This document shows positions 12,150-24,290 of a DNA stretch of 64,000 nucleotides, piece by piece. The notes under the pieces were generated by a model. The model worked only from the letters and a program-made list of their open reading frames with translations, did not search any database and was not told where the DNA came from. Position 1 is the first letter of the stretch, and each line of letters opens with the position of its first letter. Made by a program: the position numbers and the translations under genes. The DNA comes from Balanoglossus misakiensis (Eukaryota > Animalia > Hemichordata): NCBI GenBank assembly GCA_040954595.2, contig CM082576.2:8249129-8313128 (forward strand), read 5' to 3'.

Positions 12150-14676
12150 TGCTGTAGTTGTTTTCTGGGAGATAAACAATTCGCAGAGAAAGATGCTTCG
12201 TGAGCATATAAATATTTTAAAAGCCGTTCATGGCATACTTGTGCTCAGAAATTGTGTCAATTTTATCGAGACATATCTCGAGATTGGCTATTAAACTTTT
12301 TAGTTGTTAAGTGTTTTCTAAGACTTAAATTTCCAAATACATTTGTTAAAACATATTCAATACGACACAGCCAATAATAACGTCAGTATATAGATCAGTT
12401 GGTAGCAATAAATAATGTACAAATCTCCCAAGTAATTACCAACAGATATCGTTGGGGAAACTGAGAAGTGTTTCTTACCTCGAACAGTTGCAAGGATGAC
12501 TTCGTAAACGTTTGCGATAATTCGACAAAAAGCACACTATATATTTATTCTCCGCAGACGCATCGGGGCCCTCGGGGGTCTGTTTTTGGTTATCGGAAAA
12601 ACTATAAAATCCATTGCATGAGATGCAAAATTCGACCACTGCCGATTTAGGGTAGACATCCCTTCACCAAAAATCTAAAATGAATCCCAACATATGTCTA
12701 ATCCCTGGTGATAAGCGTCAACAGATGGCTGTAGTGAGTTACCTTTCTTCAGTTATTTGCTGCTTTGCTTTGTGTTGATTGAGCCGCGAAACAACCTTTA
12801 AGACCTACTTATCCTCATATTTAAAAAAAAAGAAGAAGAAGAATAATTGCAAATCTCCAACGTACACTGACAGCAGTGTGAAAGATCGCACGGGCCTTTG
12901 TAAACACCACCTGGCCAATTTTCTCAAATGACTATCCACATTTATAATCCCAGTTGAAAAATCAGAAACGGATGGTATTTTTCTTTGTTAGACTTTCTGC
13001 ATCACTGCCTCGATTCGTGTTACTGTTTAAAGACGATTTTAGTTAAAGTCGCAGAACAATAAATTACACGTGTAGTCACCGTCCTTTTTCAATGTTGTGT
13101 ACTTAATCCCCAAACTACGTGTGCTGACATTGGTGGTAGGACACGGAACCGTGTTCTGAGTGACATTTAAGCCACTAGGACAATTCTTGGGTGCTTTTGA
13201 AGTCCGTTAGATCTGACGATAGGAAACCGCCGGCGCATTTCGAACAGATAATTTACAGTCTTACCGCACTATTAAGTTCGGCCTTCCATGGAGATCAATG
13301 TGGCTCTATGAAGTCGCATACTCGAAAGGGGTCCCTTCCTATGCGTATATTATTCGGACGCCTAAACGTCAGGAAATTAAAATGAATATTTTATATAAAC
13401 GTCAATTAATCGAAATTTTACATAGAGTTGAATGATATGTAGGTCTTGTCCGTCAACTTTGACCAAGATAATATAACTGTAGACAACGCGAAAATGTCTG
13501 TGACGTAACCAAAATTCTTACCTACAACCAATTAATGACGTCACTCAGTACATATGCTTGAAGAAATTTACTAAGGCGTCACAGGTATTGTTATTCTTGC
13601 GGGGTGTTTGGACACGGTGAAAAATCATGGTGTTTCCCTTGGTGATTTCAGTTCATGATTTCAGGTTGATCAAACCTTACCGCGTCTGTAATAGTACTAC
13701 TTTCAGCATAACTTCTAGTAGTAGTTATGACACCTGCAATATTTGATATGGTGGCACGCTGTTGGCCTTTAATAGTACAACAACGCTGCATGTCCGATTT
13801 CTACACACAATGCAAATACAAGTTTAAAAGTGTTGATAATCCACGCAGCACAGCTAACATTGCCACATGCTTGTAACGCGTAACTGCAAGCAGTACAAAT
13901 ACGACACTGCTGTAAAAGCGAACGACGCGACGGGATTATACCCAGCTCCAGATGACAACTTTAACCTCCCAGATAAATTCATATTGTGATTCAATGTCCA
14001 TATCACCCTGCACAGCGTTTCCTGTCACGTATCCACTTGCTGCAACTCCAGGTCGTATAATACCGACAGCGGGTTGGTTTTCGGTTTTATTTTCATTTCC
14101 CAATTTCATTAGGAGCGAAAAAACATACGAAACCACAAAAAAGCGAGAGAAAAAAACCAAACAAACCAGTTTTTGAGGCCTGCTCTGATAGAATTCCTGC
14201 ATACTCATAGTAAACAAACTGCACAATCCAATATATTCATTCATATTTATTTACAGAACTTTATTAAATTTACAATTTTTTTTAATCGTCATGGAAGTAA
14301 ATAATTATCAGACATGCTTACGTTCGTTATTTCCAGTGTAACCAGAACCTCGCAAAATGTTGATACTGCTGACGTGTGAGAGAGTCCTTGACAGGATCAG
14401 AACATATTTCAGGCGTGCAGTATTAAAGTCATACAAAAGTTATGATTAATCACACATCAGATGAAATGTCAATTATCATCCGTGTGCATAGCAGATCAGT
14501 AGATAAGTCAGGCTACTTGTCATATGGCCCTTTTGTAAATAGACGGATTGCGTATGCACTGGTAGTACTGCTGGAATTAAGGTCTTGAATCCACCTTTGT
14601 GTGGATGATGACCTTCAGTGACGTCACCCGACCTTCATAAATTATCGACATCCACTTTCGCTGTCTTGTTGCCTCA

Positions 14677-15099
14677 CTACTTTTCTCGTCTGAAATGTCT
14701 CTTGGCGACAACTCCCTGATAGATTAAGATTACCACGAGTTCGTTGCCGTCGTCCACCAGTTCCCTCTCCGTCACCTGGCCTCTGTCGCCGTCCACCACC
14801 GCCTTGACGACCAGTTTGTCCCCGTCCCAGTAGGCCACGGCCACCCTCGTGTCCCCATTCATGGCGGTGTCTTCGAACTCGTCGCCCACCTTGAACTTCA
14901 GCTCCACCGTCCTGAAAGTCGTGATGGTCCGTATGACGAATTGGTCGCCATCTTGAAAGATCTCCAGGCTCGGGGTGACTTTGGCGATCATGCCGCGGTG
15001 CAGGAAACCCACTCCCATCTTGTTCAGCAGCTTTTCCAAGTTGTCCACTCTGTACTGTTTCCACCTCCCGGTTAGATTCTTAGACGCTGTGCTCGGCAT
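14677..15099 (-). CDS. FABP-like protein 5, intronless, 140 aa
   Basis: MPSTASKNLTGRWKQYRVDNLEKLLNKMGVGF...FKVGDEFED...WDGDKLV...ERELVDDGNELV...AKRHF; ATG at 15099. Confidence 0.92.
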   Translation of the reverse strand: MPSTASKNLTGRWKQYRVDNLEKLLNKMGVGFLHRGMIAKVTPSLEIFQDGDQFVIRTITTFRTVELKFKVGDEFEDTAMNGDTRVAVAYWDGDKLVVKAVVDGDRGQVTERELVDDGNELVVILIYQGVVAKRHFRREK

Positions 15100-16197
15100 G
15101 GTCGATATTCTCAATATGAACTCTGGCTGACAAACGGTCTCGGCGAACACCACCTCCGCCTTCGGTATACTCCTTCCTTTTGTGTGTGGGCTTGTGCTGA
15201 GTGAAAATAAGGTCACTTGTCTAACCTTAGCAACGAAGGTCTTCTATGCGCCGGCGGGATATCCGTTTCAGTGAACGAAGTAGGTCAGAGGCAACAAATA
15301 AGAAGCTCTGTCAACAAAATGGAATATTCGAACTCTGGGCGGCGCGAGAAACGCTAGAGAATTTGTAATCGACGTGGCGTGGTGGCTCGGGGCCTGTGGT
15401 CCTCGGCGACTCTTATCTTGTAATCTCTTGTTGCGTCAAATATATATCATGTGACGTGGCCTACTGACTGATTGGTATATGGTTAATACCTGCACAGAAG
15501 CGCATCCAAATTCGAAGCCCTGAATTCTTTAGTTGTTTCAATTTTAAAACAGATGCCAAAGTCCATGCAATATACGCAATATAGGAAAAGTGAGTTTTCT
15601 GAAGAAAAAAAGGTGTTGAGTACCGCAATTAACGCATTCAAGTTAAATTAGCGGGATGTTGAAATTAGCGACTTCAATTTTGACCATGAATCAGCTTATA
15701 AGATAATTTTACAGAAGCGGATCTTTTCCATGCTATAAGACTATGTGTGTCATACACTGTTGGCAATTTAACAAGTGTCTGAACGTGAATTCATTTGCGT
15801 GTATGCATGTTTGGAATGAAATCAGACAACAACACTCAGTTGTACAATGATATCATATAATATATTTTTGTCAAAGGACTGCATTTGAAACCATCGCTTT
15901 AAAATACAAGGAAAAGGAATTGAAAAAAAAAATGTTTTACAGTTAAAAATATTTACAATTTAAAAAATCGATAGAGATATACATCAACCGGAGTAACCCT
16001 CGCGGGGTCTTGGTCTTGTGTGGCAGGAATTACTGGACAAAACACTACGGTGAGGACCTCGTTATTTGCGGGATACGCTCCTAGCATTCGAATGCGACAC
16101 GTTTGGGTGCGTCGGGTGTCCGACTCCAGCACGGGAAGACCACCTCCTTCTCTCATGTACGTACGCGTATACGTACTACGTGCACGCATGGAGCACG

Positions 16198-17384
16198 TTA
16201 AACCTCGTGCATGGCGTGGAGGAGGCAGACGTGCAGGAGATCCCAGACGTTCCTGAAGCGACTGAGCTGATATCGTTCCAGTCTTAGCAGAGCCTGTAAA
16301 ATATATGGCAGAAAAAAAAAATCATTATGAGGTGGTCACTTCAACAGGCGTGATCATAATTATTATAAATCAGAATGATTAAAAAAGTTTTGCCATTTTG
16401 TCCGAGTATTGGTTTGGTCGGTTTGGGTGCCTTTGTCGTTTTCCAGACGGACATAACATTGATAGCGATGGCAATTTTACTTTAAGACACTTACCCTCTT
16501 CATGACTACTTGTGATTGGCCGGCGAAGCGATTCATGCAAGCCTCGAAGTTGTGGTTCATCATCGTGGGGTGGCTCTGCACAATTGCCTTGAGGTGGTGC
16601 CAGATGGCACAGGGCAGTTTGTAGTTGCGGCCGATCCACGCCAGGCGGATTTGTTGCAGCACTGTCATCTTTGGACCTTGCGGTTGAAAAGAGGAAACCC
16701 GTTAGAATATGTTGCTAATGAAAAGACGCGTGTAATACAGAAGGCGACTGAGAAATTCACCACGCGATGATGAGGGTTGCAGTGATCGATGGCGAATAGC
16801 GATATACCAGTAGTCAGCATTAGATCAACAGATAGGTAGAGATCTACTATATAGATCAAGCAAAAAAAATATTGTTGGGAGTGTGCAAAGACAGACAAAA
16901 AAATATACACGTATTGTCCAAGTCATAGCGAGTCGTACGGTGAAAACAATTTCCACTAACCGTTCCAATTCTGAGCGCTTTCTTTGCGGCAAATGCCGCG
17001 CTTTTCAAGGTCCTCCATCAGCTCCTGCTCCTCAACCATGTCCACCCAGGAGCGTTCGCAGACATCGCTGATGTCGCCATAGTAACAGCGGGGCGCGGCC
17101 TGCCGAGAAGAACCCGGGCGGCTCCCTGATGTTAGGGTCTGAGTGGAGGCGTCCAGCATGGAATTCACCGGTTCGTCGCCGGAAATGTCGCTTCTGGTCG
17201 AACACCAGTCGTCCAGATCGCTGTCCTTGTCGTCGCTGTCCCACTCCACCGCAAAGGTACCGAGAGTGGCGTGTCCGTGCGAGCATCTTGTGGACCCGTG
17301 GCTGCAGAGGAAAATGGAGTTGCGCTGCTCAGCTCCTTCGCTTCCCATACAAATCATAGTTTCGTCGTTGGTGTCGCTATACAT
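16198..17384 (-). CDS. Uncharacterised ~233-aa protein with C-terminal hnRNP Q/SYNCRIP NURR (AcD)-like helical domain
   Basis: Exons 16961-17384, 16495-16676 and 16198-16293 splice in phase (1, 0) to a TAA. C-terminus YKLPCAIWHHLKAI...LLRLERYQLSRFRNVWDLLHVCL. Possible extra upstream exons near 17.7 kb and 18.2 kb. Confidence 0.65.
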
Positions 17385-19413
17385 AATGCGTTGTTTCGAG
17401 CACCGAGCCGAGTTCAAAATAACCTTTCTGGCCTTGTCAAAATAGCTGAAATTAAAACGCAAAAAGTTACATTATACTCTTTTATGGAAATGTAATCACG
17501 AAAGTTTTCCCATCAGGACAATTGTAATGTAATTTGAAAGTCAACGGAAAGGTAATTAAGTTGTCCAAGTTCACCGCCCTCCACGCCAAGTTCAAGTGTA
17601 TTGTATATCTCACCAGGGAGTTAATGCAATAAAACAATAAACAGTGGATGATTATGTAATGATCGCCCATGATTATTAACAACGATCTCAAAACCCTTCT
17701 TCTAGCGATTGTAGAATTGAAAACTGTGTAAGAAAACAGTCTGTCTAGAAAATTTTCATCCGTTTAATCTCAGTCATCGTCGCCACCGTCCACAATCTGA
17801 ACATGTACACACATGTTCCAAGTTTCTGTCCAAGCTGTACGATATTGACGTTATTATCCCACGTGGCATTGTAGGTATTCTCTTTGTTTACGAAAGAAAA
17901 CCTAAAAGTGCACTCGCATTTTTGTTACCCGTGAGTCGTCAGTTTTGCAACCAGCACACGCGTCTGTAATGAAAATTGGCCGAGCTGAAGCAAAACCCAG
18001 TCGGCAGTTTTCTGGCAGACACAGATCGATTTGAAAGTCAGTGGTTCACATGAATTTTCTGAAGTTAATATTTCAGAACTGTGTAATATTAAAGTCGTCT
18101 GATATCACCCTTTCCCTTCTCTATTATTTTTCAAGGGGCAACAGACGTAAACCCTGTAAGAATGCAAAACAGCAAAATTACTCACCGGTTTTTCTGCGTA
18201 ACGTGGCTGGAATCGATGAAAATTGCAATACAATCCTGCGGTCGTCGATGCACCTATAGCTTCAAATTGACTTCTCGAGTGACTACACTCCAAGGGAAGG
18301 GGAGATTAAATAAGGAACTGGACAGGTCTGCGCAGGCGTGGTTGAACCCCAATGCAAATTACCTGCCAATAATGTGGCGTGGACATGGGGGTACTCAGTT
18401 ACCACCCTTTTCACAACGTGATTGACAGGTCGTTAACAGGGGCCTCAAGATGAGTTACTTTATTCAGACCAATCAAGAATCAGTAATATCGTAATGAGTA
18501 CACTGCATATACGAATAACGTATGACTGACAGGAACCGTTTACCGAAGCAAAGGTTTGGAGGAGCGTTTTAGTTTAAATGGTGCTATTCATTTCTTCTAT
18601 TATCATTTTCGTGATCGAAATTTTACAGGAAAAAAACGACAGAAAAAACAACATTATTGTCAACGAAATTCATGGCCTTGTAGTTCAAATTAACCGAGCG
18701 AGGACGCCTGACGAGATTATTTTTTAGGTAACTTGCGACCTATCAGGAGAGCTTGTGAGCGAACGCGTTCACGCGCACACATTCACAAGTCTGCATCGTT
18801 TCACTCCTCGTCAAGTGCCTGTCAATCAATTCCAGGAACACAAAGGACAATGGCAATTAACATGTAATCGCTATTTCTGGTCAAACAAAAGTGCCTTTCC
18901 CACTTTACCCAGCCCCCTCCTCTGTAACGATAACGTAATTAACTTGAACTTGAAATTGGCGCGAGACTCTCAAGTCCGTTCCATGATACTACAAAGGCAT
19001 TCGAATCACCTGTGTGGCAGGCTTCGTGTGCTTCTCTTGTTGCTTGATAATATTGCGAGTTCATGTCTTCACATTTGTACCAATTTGACCCATTCCAAAT
19101 GTCATAAACAGACTAGAAGGCCATGTCAAAACACAACAAAAACAACTACACACCAAAACATGCGTGGTTCACATAACGTGCTTCAGAAATAAGCTCAGAC
19201 ATTTCCATGGGTAAGAGCTCATGAAAATTGCGAAAAAATGACAAATTCCCACCTATGCATGGGTTGTTAGATAACACGGACATAAACAACAAACAAACAG
19301 GCAGGCAGTCATGCAGATAGAGACAGACAGACAGACAAACGACAGCAAAACAAAATATATTTTTAATTATTTTATTAATAAGTAGAAAGTTTACAAATGT
19401 TGATAAAATTAAA

Positions 19414-22245
19414 TTAAGCGAGCCGGAATGAACATTGCTCAGGGTGATTTTCCATCTCCTCGTCGAGCAGGTTCTGCAGACACTGGCTGATCTCCCGAGC
19501 GTCTGGGCGAGCCGACGGCTCCATGGCGCAGCAACGTTGGCAGAGTTCCTTAAAGAGGCCGTCATCCAGCTTGGCGATATTGTTTGGCACGATTTCTTCG
19601 CCTTCCGCCACTTTAGTGGTGAGGTCTTTGATGATCTCCATGTTGGTGTGGCGGTCGTCGTAGGCTGTCTCCAGAGCGACCATCTCGGCCATGCTGCAAC
19701 CCGTCGCCCATATGTCCTTCGCCGCCGAGCATGGCGGTGTCTGGGCCCGGAAAACTTCCGGCGGTGCGTACATCATCGACCCTCCTCCGTTAAAGCGCGG
19801 AGATTTCGTGTAGCAGCTGAAGGAGAAGTCGATCAGTTTCACAGTCATCTCTGGGAGTTTCAACTGAAAAGAAACAGCAGACAGATGTCAGAACCATAAA
19901 GGTATATGGATTGTTGTCATATTTTACATCACTGTCATTAGCCATGTTTACCACATTTTGCAGGATCTATAATATGAACCGTATTTCTGGTGTCAGTGTA
20001 ATGACTTTTTGACCACTGGCATCAACGAAGCCGAAAATCTCCTTTGTTGTGATCATCGATTAATAAACAGACAGTGATGTGTACTCACCATAACATTGGC
20101 CAATTTGATGTCATTGTGTATAATCCCGAAGCCATGTAGGGACGCCAGAGCGTCGGTCATTTTCTTCATTACGTCATACTTGACAGTCAGGGATACCTAT
20201 GATATTTGATAAAAGTTTAGAAGATATTTTAGTCGAACGATACAAAAGTTTACAAACTACAAATGACACAGAGCCTGTCATTGTTAGCTACCACGTCACT
20301 CTACTAACTTATCATGTATAGTCCATGTAAATGTGAGAAATACTTACCGTTTTTCCAAATTTCTTGGTGAAGGCCTCCAAGTCCATACCTCGCACATATT
20401 CATAAACAAGGATACGCACCGATGTATTCTTATGGCACAATCCATCCATTCGGACAAAGTCCTCACACCTCAGTTTATTCAGAGATCTATAACAGAGAAA
20501 ATTGGTCGGTTGGTCTGTCGGCTGGTTACAGGTTAATTGGTTAATATAATGTAATGTTTCAAGTAATATCTTTTGAATTTGTTAATTTTTATTATATTAT
20601 TCCCACATTCTTCCTATTATACATGTCTTACAGGCATCGTAGATTTGCAAACATAATTCAATCCATGGTTTTTCTGGCGACATTCTCGGACAAATATTGG
20701 AAAAAAAGGCGCCACACTCACCTCATAATTTTAATTTCATTCTCGGCGACTTCGTCGAAAGCGCTCGGATCCTGCAAGTTGTCAGCATAGTTCAGGTATT
20801 TCAAGGCGTAAAGTTGTCTCCGCCCACGGATAAATCCCAGCACGACGTTTGAGTAGCCTCCTGATTTGATACCGGCCATCGCCACAACGTCGTCTTTCTT
20901 CACGTCTGCATAAAAATGAAAATAAAATGTTTGCTTTAACCCATGGTAAACTCAACATAGGAGATTTTGAAATGGCTGGATCTAGTTGGCGTGAGATGCA
21001 GGTCTACATTATAGGTACTCGAACAACTGGCATGTTGTCGATGCGGTTCCAGCGTTATTATGCATGTGTGACTGAAAATCATGGAGCACAGTATACTAAA
21101 ATCTCATTCACTATGCTGTCTGCGTTTTTCTGTCGTGAAGATATATTGGGGGAAGGGGGTTCAATATTTACTGTGGAAATTTCGTGCAAATTGACGTCGA
21201 AGTCTAAACCGACAGTGACATTATAAAGGCAAGAGTACAAACCGAAGACACGTTTGTTGAAGAGTCTGCCCTTTGACTTTTTCTTCGCTACTACAGGTTC
21301 GTTTCGCCTAGCATCTACCTGCTGCACCTGCTAAGAGAATAACACATATCGTAAGGATAAATTAATGTCCATAACTGTTGGTGATCAAATCTCTTTCACC
21401 ATGTCAGTTTCATTACATCCTAGTGTCACCATATTTGTTCCCTCAGCACAATAATCATTTTGAACTAATCATTGACTATTGAATTTGGAGTAGTGATACA
21501 TACCTCGTCATTTTCCTCGGCACGGCGGAACAACCCACCCAGTCGCTTTCTCACCCGGCGGAAGAAGCGCCGAACGGCGTTTCCGCGTTTTTTCTTCTTT
21601 GCCGGCTTCGCGGCGTCCACATCACTTTCGTTTGATCTGCAGGATAAAACACCGAGGATAACTTTGTGGAAATTCACCCCTTACTAATTATGACGCCCTT
21701 CAAAAGTCTTCATATTGCTTATTTGGCTTAATTATCAATGGTGGAATTTTTATCAGATGAGCGCACGAAGCAACTGACGCAAGCCAAAAAACAGCGAAAA
21801 CAACAATACATGGTTCCACTGTCATAATAATCCCCTTATGAGACAACTTGCAAAGTTGCTTGCAACGTTTCAACATGGATGACTACATCACCTCTGTCAG
21901 TTGATATATACACGTTTTCTAACTTTAAGATTTTTTGTAAAAGAAAATAGTCATGAAAGTATTACTCACTCGCTACTGGTAACTTCCTCACGGATGTCGG
22001 ATTCCGAAAAATCAGTAATTTCGGTAGCCGAGGCTTCATCAGTGTCCTCTACAAGGACGGGGTCTGAGAATTGCACAAAAAATAAACTTCAAATCATTTA
22101 AATGTAATTGCAGATATGCTTCGTTATTATTCCGAAGCGAAATGAACTGTTTGCGTATAGTATATAGTAGCTTTACAATGGCAATGTCTTCAAGAATCTC
22201 CGGCTTACAAATCGTTGCGTCAGCAACAAATGCCGACAATCTCAT
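19414..22245 (-). CDS. Divergent Ser/Thr protein kinase (~409 aa), non-RD
   Basis: Exons 22209-22245 (tentative), 21970-22063, 21504-21636, 21243-21327, 20722-20905, 20348-20486, 20089-20196, 19414-19863, all phase-consistent. Motifs: IKSGGYSNV, YALK, NEIKIM, IIHNDIKLANVM, LIDFS, YAPPE, KDIWATG, RP. AATAAA follows the stop. Confidence 0.88.
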
Positions 22246-23231
22246 AACTTAAATTCTGTTAATTAAATAAAACTTCCCCCGAAATACAAATTTCATCGAA
22301 TGCAAATAAGACTTGGGCCTAACTGCATCTTTCTACTGCATGTGAAAATGAAGAATAGCGTTACCCGCCAACTATATAAAAAATATCGAATAAATCGATC
22401 ACTCTACTTACCCAAACACGCAAGGATTGACGGGAGAAGCAATAAGAGTAAGGTAAAGACTGCCATTATGAAAATTCGTAAAGCGATTCGCTTAACTTTG
22501 TGAATATTTTGGTACCGCTATCGGCAAACCGTGTCATCGCACAGGGTACGAAAAACACGGTGACGTTCTGTATTGACGGTCGCCTCGACAACAGTGACGC
22601 CACAGTGGAACAAGTTCCATCTCAGTCTCTTCTTCGGGTATGTTCGGTAACATACGACATAACGGCGACGCTTCGGCGAGTTACGATGAATGTGTGCGCT
22701 CACTCTCATATCATGACGTTTTACGTTTTAGGGAAATTTTATAATTATTTTTTTTTCGATTCAAATGCTATGTTATGATAAGTCAATATAACCGAAACTT
22801 TTCGAGTTTTGTTTAAACTCAGCACAAAGAATTCTGGGAAGTATGTGAAAAGCCTGACTTCAATATTCTTGATTTATCAACGAAGCCAGAAATAACAGAC
22901 CCATACCCTCTACTTCTGCTTACCTTTGGAAATATGATGTTAATTAACAACATAAAATTTCGTCCACCCGTCTGTCCGCCGGAGAATATATAGTCCCCGT
23001 CAATGCTGATGATAAACTCAAACATGACGCGCGTATGGGCAGTTACGCGTGATGCGTGCACGCGAAATTCGAAGTTGCGCTTCACGCAAAGAGTTATTTC
23101 ATCTCGTGCCCCACCGCGCACTGCACCGAACTATCGATGGAAGCATTTTTGAAAAAAAAACACCTTCCCAAGAAAATTAATGCAAATGTTTAGTCCGTTT
23201 ATGCACTGTAATCTGACTCTGGACGAATCAA

Positions 23232-24290
23232 ATGGAGAAAAGGCAAGGCAATGGCGGGGAACGGACCCGCGGTGTAGCGGAGAACTGCAGGCCTCTCTGT
23301 TTTATTTGCCAACAGGATATTCAAGAACCAAAGCCCCTGTCCTGTGGCCACGAACACTGCCGGAGCTGTATCGAAGGTTTGGTTCTTGAGCGAGAGTTTA
23401 CCGTATCGCTTCTTCCCGAGTGGACCATCGAGATCGTTTGCCCGGCATGTGAGAGCGAGGCTGAAGTCAACTGGATCATTGAGACGAGCCGCCAGGGGTG
23501 CGACGGTGCCTCGGTGACGTGGAGAATGATAAGGAATCGCGACAGCTTTGCGGCGGACTATATAAGAAAGTACAGAAACCGCAAATGTCTGAACTTGTAC
23601 GGCGGGCGATCACCTTACTCTCTAGAAGTACCTGATTACTGGCATCACCCTAATGAAAATAGCCACAGTTCCTACCGAAGGGGTCATTGTGAGGAAAATG
23701 GAGCGGTCTCGGCTGTGCACCCTCCTGGGGGTCGCGATGATGTTCAAGTTCAAGGCGAAACCGACGTCAGGATTATTGACCACGTGCTCGGTAGGTACGT
23801 CGACTGCGTCGTGACGTCAACTCCCGCGGCCGACGGAGGAGCTTCAGGGGCACCTAGTCACGGACTGGTTCGCGGAGAGGCCCCGGACGAGGGATGTGTG
23901 GAAGACTTTGCCGGTGACTTCTTCAGTAATTTTGTCGGCGAAGATCATGAAGAGCAGGACGCTGGACAAAACGGAGGGTCTCAGGCTGTGTCCGGTTCTG
24001 CCGCAAGTGGACACGAGCCACGTTTGAACTTAGGCCCGACCGGCGATCAGCCAGCGGAGATTGCCGTGTCGCCGAAAGACGTGCCCGTCAGCGATAACGC
24101 GGGCAACGCTGATATCGAGACAGACGCGCAATCGCGAGGCCAATCGGAGAAGGTGGCGATCGACAAAGACGATTGTGAAGACTCGTCCATTGAAGGTTGC
24201 AGAAGAAGGTATGTTATCGAAATAGCCTATGTAGTTCCGACACATTTCAGATTATTTATTGATAAAGCTTTTCAGATAATTTCACCATAA
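23232..24290 (+). CDS. RING-HC (C3HC4) finger protein with long acidic low-complexity tail
   Basis: CFIC...LSCGHEHCRSC...CPAC near the N-terminus. The ORF probably splices at a donor after 24208 (AAG|GTATGT, followed by a GC drop); a candidate last exon is 25217-25241. Confidence 0.78.
   Translation: MEKRQGNGGERTRGVAENCRPLCFICQQDIQEPKPLSCGHEHCRSCIEGLVLEREFTVSLLPEWTIEIVCPACESEAEVNWIIETSRQGCDGASVTWRMIRNRDSFAADYIRKYRNRKCLNLYGGRSPYSLEVPDYWHHPNENSHSSYRRGHCEENGAVSAVHPPGGRDDVQVQGETDVRIIDHVLGRYVDCVVTSTPAADGGASGAPSHGLVRGEAPDEGCVEDFAGDFFSNFVGEDHEEQDAGQNGGSQAVSGSAASGHEPRLNLGPTGDQPAEIAVSPKDVPVSDNAGNADIETDAQSRGQSEKVAIDKDDCEDSSIEGCRRRYVIEIAYVVPTHFRLFIDKAFQIISP

Noticed and set aside
13936-14244. 102-aa ORF downstream of FABP 5
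   Set aside because: AT-rich, no motif; probably 3' flank.
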